A stretch of 64,000 bases of DNA from an uncultured Planctomycetaceae bacterium (GTDB lineage Bacteria > Planctomycetota > Phycisphaerae > SM23-33): positions 1,128-65,127 of the forward strand of contig CAZTVF010000004.1 of the NCBI GenBank assembly GCA_964616985.1, in the 5' to 3' direction. A program made the translations under genes and the position numbers. The notes beneath the pieces are model-generated. The model had not been told where the DNA came from and ran no database searches. It was given only the letters and a program-made list of their open reading frames with translations. Of the stretch, positions 58,454-64,000 are shown one piece after another. Position 1 is the first letter of the stretch; the number at the start of each line of letters is the position of its first letter.

Positions 58454-59710
58454 TTACTTGAAGATCGTCGCTTCCTGCAGGCCTCGCTTGGCGGCATCGA
58501 GATCGCCGGCGTAGGCGACCGCCTCGCCCAGCGGCCGCTGCTTGAGGATGGCCTCAGTATAAACTCCGGCATTGACCACGTCACCCCAGAGAATGGCGCA
58601 GCGCAGCACGTCGGCCTGGAAGTACAGCGTCCGCAGGCACGGGCGGCCGGCGGAATTGGTCGAGCGATAGGTCATCTTCCGCCACGCGGGGTCGATCTTC
58701 CACAGCGGCCCCAGCGACACGATGCTCATGCCCAGGAGCGAGATGCTGGCCCGCAGCCCGGTGTTCCGCGCGAGCGAATCGGCGCCCCCGGCCATGTTCG
58801 CCCCGGCGACGCGGCCTTGCCGCACCGCCGTCGGCCAGATGGCGCTGGGCATGACTTGGCCGACGAGGGTGTCGGGCGACTCGGTGACGTCGCCGGCGGC
58901 GTAGATATTCCCGACGTTGGTGTGGCAGCGTTCGTCGATGCGGATGCCGCGGCCGCACACGATGCCGGCCGACTCGGCGATCTCCTTGTTGGCCCGCACG
59001 CCGGCGGCCATCACGACCAAGTCCGCCTCAATGACGATGCCCGACTTGAGCGCCACGGCGCGAACCTTGCCGCGGTCGTCGCGAACGATGCGCTCGACAC
59101 TCTGGCTGCAGTGCAGCTGCACGCCGTGGCCGCGGAGCAACTGGGCGCATAGTTCGCCCGTCTCTTCGTCCAGTTGCAGCGGCAGCGGATGGGCGGCCAG
59201 TTCCACCAGGGCGACGGGCTTGTGGGCCTCTGCGAGGCTGGCGGCGAGTTCGCACCCGACCAGGCCCGCGCCGACGACGGCCACCTTGCGGGCCCCGGCC
59301 ACGGCCGTTCGCAGCGCAACCGCGTCGCCCAGGTCGCGAAGGCCCAGGACGCCCTCGCCCTTGAGGCCTTCGATCGGCGGCCAGCCCGTGCGAGCCCCGG
59401 TGGCGATCAGCAGGCGGTCGTACGGCACGCGCTGGCCGCTGTCGAGCACCACCGCGCCGGCGGCCACGTCGATGGCCCTGGCCTCCTGCGGGGCGAGCAT
59501 CTCGACGCCCATGCCGGCCGCCCAGTCAGGGGGCAGGAACTGCGCCTGCCGGGGTGTGCGGACGCCGGCGGCGATCCAGTGCAGCTGGCAGCGCGAGTAG
59601 ATCGTCTCTTCGCGCGAGACGATGGTGATGGCGGCGGCCGCATCGTGGCGGCGGATTTCGGCGGCGGCGGCGACGCCCGCGGCGCTGGAACCGATGATGA
59701 CGTGTCTCAT
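58454..59710 (-). CDS. FAD/NAD(P)-binding pyridine nucleotide-disulfide-family oxidoreductase, the FNOR partner of CooS-CooF
   Basis: Two dinucleotide-binding motifs are present (VIIGSSAAGVAAA and VAVVGAGLVGCELA). An ATGA overlap with cooF suggests coupling. Confidence 0.8.
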   Translation of the reverse strand: MRHVIIGSSAAGVAAAAEIRRHDAAAAITIVSREETIYSRCQLHWIAAGVRTPRQAQFLPPDWAAGMGVEMLAPQEARAIDVAAGAVVLDSGQRVPYDRLLIATGARTGWPPIEGLKGEGVLGLRDLGDAVALRTAVAGARKVAVVGAGLVGCELAASLAEAHKPVALVELAAHPLPLQLDEETGELCAQLLRGHGVQLHCSQSVERIVRDDRGKVRAVALKSGIVIEADLVVMAAGVRANKEIAESAGIVCGRGIRIDERCHTNVGNIYAAGDVTESPDTLVGQVMPSAIWPTAVRQGRVAGANMAGGADSLARNTGLRASISLLGMSIVSLGPLWKIDPAWRKMTYRSTNSAGRPCLRTLYFQADVLRCAILWGDVVNAGVYTEAILKQRPLGEAVAYAGDLDAAKRGLQEATIFK

Positions 59711-60213
59711 TGCTCACCTCCCGCCGGGGCCTTGTCGACGACCGAGCCGGCTTCGATGTACACCACCGCGTCCTCGCCCTCGGCGGCCTTGAGGCAGCCG
59801 GTGGGGCAGGCCTTGACGCAGGCCATGCAATCGCGGTCGTGGCACAGGTCGCACTTGAGCATCAGGCGGTCCTCGCCGGTGGAGGGCCTGGCGTTGCCGT
59901 ACGGGCAGCTCATCACGCACATATAGCATCCGACGCATACGTCTGTGTCGCAGATCACCAGGCCGTCCTTGCCCTTGGTCAGGGCGCCGGTCATGCAGGC
60001 CTCCACGCAGGCAGGCTCCTTGCAGTGGCGGCAGAACTGGGGAACCAGGTGCCCCAGCGCGTCGCGCTGAATCTTGTTCCGCGGGCGGGCGGCTGCGTCG
60101 ACGCCGGCAGCGTAGATCAACATCGCCCCCTGGGGGCTGTGCGCGGCGATGCACGCCATCTCGCAGTTCTTGCACCCGGTGCACCGATCCAGATGTACGA
60201 TCTTGGTCCTCAT
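59707..60213 (-). CDS. cooF: 4Fe-4S ferredoxin-type iron-sulfur protein (CooF-like)
   Basis: Multiple CxxCxxCxxxCP clusters are present (CTGCKNCEMAC; CRHCKEPACVEAC; CVGCYMCVMSCP; CDLCHDRDCMACVKACP). A strong RBS AGGAGG precedes the ATG. Confidence 0.8.
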   Translation of the reverse strand: MRTKIVHLDRCTGCKNCEMACIAAHSPQGAMLIYAAGVDAAARPRNKIQRDALGHLVPQFCRHCKEPACVEACMTGALTKGKDGLVICDTDVCVGCYMCVMSCPYGNARPSTGEDRLMLKCDLCHDRDCMACVKACPTGCLKAAEGEDAVVYIEAGSVVDKAPAGGEQ

Positions 60214-62099
60214 GCCGACACCTCCTGGCCGATGCCCAGGGCCGCGAGCTTCTGGCGGATGACCGCTTCCATCGCGTCGGCGGCCTTCACGGGGTCGGGC
60301 TCGACAATCACGCGGCCGCCGGTGATGCCGACGAGGTCCTGCGTGAGCACCTTCGTCACCAGCGGGCTGCCCAGGATCGAGGGGGCCTGCGACAGGTGCA
60401 GCGTCAGGCCCAGCGCCAGCCCGAAGCAGCCGTCGGCCAGGGCCTGCTCTTCCAGCCACTGCGGGGCCGAGATCGCGACCGGCAGCTGCGGCATGTCCAC
60501 GCCCATGGCCTCGGCCAGGGCGCTGGCGACCATCTCGATCCGCCCGATCGCCAGGCAGGGCCCGAAGTTCAGCACCGGCGGGATGCCCAGTTTCTCGCAC
60601 ACCGCACGCAGCCCCGGGCCCGCCCACTGCGCCGCCTTGGGCGAGCAGAAACCCGTGTTGCACAGGCCGCCGGTTGTGCAGCCGGCCGACAGCACGAGGA
60701 TGTCGCGCCGGATCAGCTCGCGCGTCAGGCCCACCGTCGAGACATCGTGCCCGCCGGCGGCGAGGTTCGAGCAACCCAGGATGCCCGCGACGCCCTTGAT
60801 CGTGCCGTTCTTGATCAGCTCAATCAGCGGCTCGAGCGTCCCGCCCAGCACGCCCAGCAGGGAGTTCTCGCTCACGCCGGTGACCACGTCGCTGTGCCCG
60901 TGGTCGGGGATGTCGATCGTCATGCTGCGGCGGCGCTGGGCGTACTGGCGGCAGGCGATCTCCACCAGCTGCCGCGCAGTGGCCAGTTCCTCCCCGCGAG
61001 GGTCGGCGATCCGCTGGGCCGACGTCAGCTTGGCAACGTCGTCGAGGCACAGCAGCTTGATCTGGTACTTCTCGGCGATGGGCTCGATGCCCGACAGCGT
61101 GCAGTTGAACTCCGTCACCACCGCGTCGATCGCGCCCGTCGCCAGGAGCGCCTCCTGCGTGAAATTGTTGCCCGCCTGCCCGCTGAACACGTCGCCAGCC
61201 GCCGCGGCCCGCAGCTGCATGTCCTGCCCCACACACGTCAGGCCGATCACCCGCACGCCCGCGGCGCCCACCGCGTGCGCCAACGCCTGCCCCTGGGGCG
61301 TCTCCAGAAACGCGATCAGCCCGGCGAAGACCGAGTGGCTGTGGCCGGTGACGGCGATGTTGACGTTGGCGGGATCCACCACCTTGAAACCCGTGGCGGC
61401 CTGCCGGATTTCCGGCTCGCCCATCAGCACGTCGTTGAGCAGGTTGGTCATCTGCAGGCCGTAAAGCCCCGTGCAAATGCCCAGTCGCAGGCACTGCAGC
61501 AACTGGTCGACGGCATCGGTTGATAGGTTGGTGGAGGTCTTGACGACCGCGTCGAAGACCTCGCTCTTGGCCCCGCCGGGCATCAGGCCCAGTTCCTTCC
61601 ACCGCGCCAGCCGCTGGGGCAAGGCGAGGCGCGACACCAGCGACATCCGCTCGTCGCGCGGCAGGTACATGTCGGCCAGGATGGCGTCGGCGACGTTGCG
61701 GGCCTTGTCCAGCGTGGTGGCGCCACTGACGCCCAGCTTGGCCGCCAGGGCGTCCAGCGACTTGGGCGAGCGGATCTTCAGCTCGCCCTTCCCCTCGCCG
61801 ATCGACTTCAGACGCCGGGCCGTGGACTCCGCCACGTGAAGGTAGCAGCCCGCGCCCGCGCCCACCGCGCGGAGCAGGTTGCGGGCCACCATCGTGTCGG
61901 CCGTGGCGCCGCAGACACCCTTGGGCGCGTCGGGCGTGATGCGACAGGGACCATTGGAGCACAGGCGGCAGCATACGCCCAGCTGTCCGAACTGGCACTT
62001 GATCTCCTGCTCGGCCATGCGGTCGAAGGCGGTGTTGACGTCGCTGTGACGGTCGAGAAAGCCCGAGAGACAGCTGTCGGCGGAGGCGCATCGGATCAT
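60210..62099 (-). CDS. cooS: Anaerobic Ni-dependent carbon monoxide dehydrogenase catalytic subunit
   Basis: The N-terminus CQFGQLGVCCRLCSNGPCRITPDAPKGVCGATADTMVARN is the CooS cluster-B/D signature. C-terminal blocks (ITGGRVIVEPDP, GCSNLAAGGHD) are CooS-like rather than Hcp-like. Confidence 0.8.
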   Translation of the reverse strand: MIRCASADSCLSGFLDRHSDVNTAFDRMAEQEIKCQFGQLGVCCRLCSNGPCRITPDAPKGVCGATADTMVARNLLRAVGAGAGCYLHVAESTARRLKSIGEGKGELKIRSPKSLDALAAKLGVSGATTLDKARNVADAILADMYLPRDERMSLVSRLALPQRLARWKELGLMPGGAKSEVFDAVVKTSTNLSTDAVDQLLQCLRLGICTGLYGLQMTNLLNDVLMGEPEIRQAATGFKVVDPANVNIAVTGHSHSVFAGLIAFLETPQGQALAHAVGAAGVRVIGLTCVGQDMQLRAAAAGDVFSGQAGNNFTQEALLATGAIDAVVTEFNCTLSGIEPIAEKYQIKLLCLDDVAKLTSAQRIADPRGEELATARQLVEIACRQYAQRRRSMTIDIPDHGHSDVVTGVSENSLLGVLGGTLEPLIELIKNGTIKGVAGILGCSNLAAGGHDVSTVGLTRELIRRDILVLSAGCTTGGLCNTGFCSPKAAQWAGPGLRAVCEKLGIPPVLNFGPCLAIGRIEMVASALAEAMGVDMPQLPVAISAPQWLEEQALADGCFGLALGLTLHLSQAPSILGSPLVTKVLTQDLVGITGGRVIVEPDPVKAADAMEAVIRQKLAALGIGQEVSA

Positions 62100-62151
62100 G
62101 GACGTTTTCCTTTTTCTAATGCTACTGCATTGGTGTCCTTCTGAATCAAAT

Positions 62152-62181
62152 AAAAAACCCGCACCCATCAGCGCGGCGGGT
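62152..62181 (-). terminator. Possible intrinsic terminator at the rrf2 3' end: a GC stem (acccgc/gcgggt) followed by a T7 run on the minus strand
   Basis: A T7 tract is rare in this GC-rich sequence. The stem is short and the loop is 13 nt. Confidence 0.3.
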
Positions 62182-62584
62182 CGGTCAACTGGTCAATCGT
62201 GATGTCTTTGAGCTGGCGTTCCAGCAGCGTCTGCAGGCGCTGCATCTGCGTGTGCACGCGGCAGAAGCCCGAGCGGCCGCAGATGTCCTTGTCGGCCAGG
62301 CAGTGGTTGAGCTGAAGGTCCTTGGAATCGACGGCGAGCAGAACCTCCAGCAGTGAGACATCGCGGCCGGGCTTGATCAGGGCGATGCCCCCGCCATTGC
62401 CGCGTTGCGAGGCGACCATTCCGGCGGCGACCAGCTTGCGCACGATCTTCCGCAGGAAGCGAAAGGGGATCTGCATTTCCTCGGCCAGCGCCGCCGTCGA
62501 CGCGGGCGCAGGTTCTCCCTGCCCCTGGCGCTTCGCCAGCGACAACACCGTCCGTATCGCATAGTCCGCTTCACGTGTGATCAT
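62168..62584 (-). CDS. Rrf2-family transcriptional regulator with a putative Fe-S ligating Cys triad
   Basis: A wHTH N-terminus (ADYAIRTVLSLA) and a CLADKDICGRSGFC (C-x6-C-x5-C) motif are present, as in IscR/NsrR-type regulators. Confidence 0.8.
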   Translation of the reverse strand: MITREADYAIRTVLSLAKRQGQGEPAPASTAALAEEMQIPFRFLRKIVRKLVAAGMVASQRGNGGGIALIKPGRDVSLLEVLLAVDSKDLQLNHCLADKDICGRSGFCRVHTQMQRLQTLLERQLKDITIDQLTDPPR

Positions 62585-62677
62585 GTTTATTCCCGAATGC
62601 TCCAATAATAGTAGCATTCATTCGGGCCGCGTCAAGTTTTTTTTGCCGACGGTCTGTGCCGCATCGTACTCGATGGC

Positions 62678-62718
62678 TGTTCTCACCCCCAAACGAGTTT
62701 GGGGGTGGCACCGAACAG
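62678..62718. repeat. Palindromic repeat family D, copy 3, in the divergent rrf2 / rSAM intergenic region
   Basis: The sequence is ctgttctcacccccaaacgagtttgggggtggcaccgaacag. Confidence 0.7.
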
Positions 62719-62814
62719 ATGATGCGAGGGCCGGCACAGTCCAGGCAAACAATCAACGCAGCCTTTGCGAAAGCGCGCCGGATCGTTAGAATCGCCCATT
62801 CGAAGGAACCCTTG

Positions 62815-64000
62815 ATGGATCTACTGTTCATAAATCCCGGCGGGCGGAAGGAAGGCTACCAGAAGTTCGGCGACACGCTGGCGGCGGTCGAGCCGCCCAT
62901 CTGGATCGCCATCCTGGCCGGCGCCCTGCGCCGAGCGGGCCTCGACGTCGCCATCGTCGATGCCGACGCCGAGGGCCTCTCCCCCAGCGAGGTCGCCCAG
63001 CGGGTGGAGCAAGCCAGACCCGTCCTGGCCGCCAGCATCGTCTTCGGCGCCAACCCCTCGGCCTCGACGCAGAAGATGACGTCGGCCGGCGCGATCTGCC
63101 GGGCCATCCGCCACGCGTGCCCGGACATCCCGCAGATCCTCGGCGGGCTGCACGTCTCGGCCTTGCCCGAGCGGACGCTCCGCGAGGAAGCCGTCGATTT
63201 CGTCCTGCAGGGCGAGGGCCCCCGCACGCTGGGGCCCTTGGTGAAACTGCTGAAGGAGCGCGGCGCCGGCGCCTCGGCCGACGACCTCGCCGCGATCCCG
63301 GGCCTGTGGTACCGCGCGGGCGGCCAGATCGCGCACAACGCCCCCGCGGCACTGATCGCCGACATCGAGGCCGAGCTGGGCGCCGCCGCCTGGGACCTGC
63401 TGCCGATGGAACGCTACCGGGCGCACAACTGGCACTGCTTCGACGACCTCGACCATCGCAGCCCCTACGCGGTGATCTACACGTCGCTGGGCTGCCCCTT
63501 CCGCTGCCACTTCTGCTGCATCAACGCATTGTTCGGCAAGAGCGGCATCCGCTACCGCCCGATCGACGAGGTGGTCGGCGAGATCGACCTGCTGGTGAAC
63601 CACTACGGCGTGCGGCACATCAAGATCCTCGATGAGCTGTTCGTGCTCAAGCGCGACCGCATCGAGCAGTTCTGCGACATGCTGATCGAGCGCCGCTACA
63701 ACCTGAACTTCTGGGCATACGCCCGCGTGGACACCGTCGACGAGGCCCTGCTGCACAAGCTCCGCCGGGCGGGCGTGAACTGGCTGGCGTACGGTTTCGA
63801 GTCGGCCAGCGCCCGCGTCCGCGACGGCGTCGCCAAGGGCTACACGCCCGAAGATCTCCAGAACGCCATCCGCTGGACGCAGCAGGCGGGCATTTCCATC
63901 ATCGCCAACTATATCGTCGGCCTGCCCGACGACGACCAGGCCTCCATGCAGGCCACGCTCGACGAGGCCGTTGCCCACAACTTCGAGTACCTCAACCTCT
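62815..64000 (+). CDS. B12-binding-domain radical SAM protein; the 3' end is beyond the window
   Basis: An N-terminal B12-binding region (LLFINPGG…PPIWIAILAGAL) is followed by a radical-SAM Cys motif (LGCPFRCHFCC). An RBS GAAGGAACCC precedes the ATG. Confidence 0.8.
   Translation, partial: MDLLFINPGGRKEGYQKFGDTLAAVEPPIWIAILAGALRRAGLDVAIVDADAEGLSPSEVAQRVEQARPVLAASIVFGANPSASTQKMTSAGAICRAIRHACPDIPQILGGLHVSALPERTLREEAVDFVLQGEGPRTLGPLVKLLKERGAGASADDLAAIPGLWYRAGGQIAHNAPAALIADIEAELGAAAWDLLPMERYRAHNWHCFDDLDHRSPYAVIYTSLGCPFRCHFCCINALFGKSGIRYRPIDEVVGEIDLLVNHYGVRHIKILDELFVLKRDRIEQFCDMLIERRYNLNFWAYARVDTVDEALLHKLRRAGVNWLAYGFESASARVRDGVAKGYTPEDLQNAIRWTQQAGISIIANYIVGLPDDDQASMQATLDEAVAHNFEYLNL

Noticed and set aside
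60210-62099. Possibility that the prismane-family gene is a hybrid-cluster protein (Hcp) rather than CooS
   Set aside because: The N-terminal CCRLCSNGPCR…GVCGATAD block and C-terminal blocks match CooS rather than the Hcp N-terminus (MFCxQCEQT…). The Hcp possibility is kept as the refutation route in the findings.

Overview
This is a 64 kb, very GC-rich (~68%) bacterial chromosomal segment. The gene content looks Planctomycetota-like (inference): a DUF1501/DUF1549-DUF1553 pair, large secreted PPC-domain proteins, many CAZymes and a Tad pilus locus. About 49 protein-coding genes are supported.

The main blocks are:
1. The 5' end holds a DEAD-box helicase fragment, a YggU/DUF167 protein, a membrane-anchored PTP-like phosphatase flanked by inverted ~78 bp repeats, a GH38 alpha-mannosidase, tyrA, a solo DUF433, a GH29 fucosidase and an atypically low-GC small gene.
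2. Next come a CDP-alcohol phosphatidyltransferase, an HExxH lipoprotein, yidC, a metallophosphoesterase, a B12-binding radical SAM enzyme and a glutaminase-A-like protein.
3. A complete Tad/Flp pilus locus lies at 18.3-29.1 kb. On the minus strand it runs flp, cpaA, tadE, cpaB, cpaC, cpaE, cpaF, tadB, tadC, a lipoprotein and a TPR lipoprotein; tadG is divergent.
4. A polysaccharide-degradation-type island lies at 29-51 kb. It contains the DUF1553/DUF1501 pair, a coupled FAD-oxidoreductase and ADP-ribosylglycohydrolase, a PmoA-like protein, a heparinase II/III-like protein, YceI, and GH95-like and GH36-like enzymes.
5. The 3' end holds recN, a rubrerythrin-like gene, DUF2461, a large membrane protein, then an Rrf2(Fe-S)-cooS-cooF-FNOR anaerobic CO-dehydrogenase module and a second B12 radical SAM gene.

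No rRNA, tRNA or CRISPR was seen. Four families of intergenic palindromic (REP/MITE-like) repeats, a triple GTCCC-N3-GGGAC palindrome array and a candidate SOS-type operator upstream of recN were found. Most of the long ORFs in the six-frame track are GC-driven antisense artefacts.
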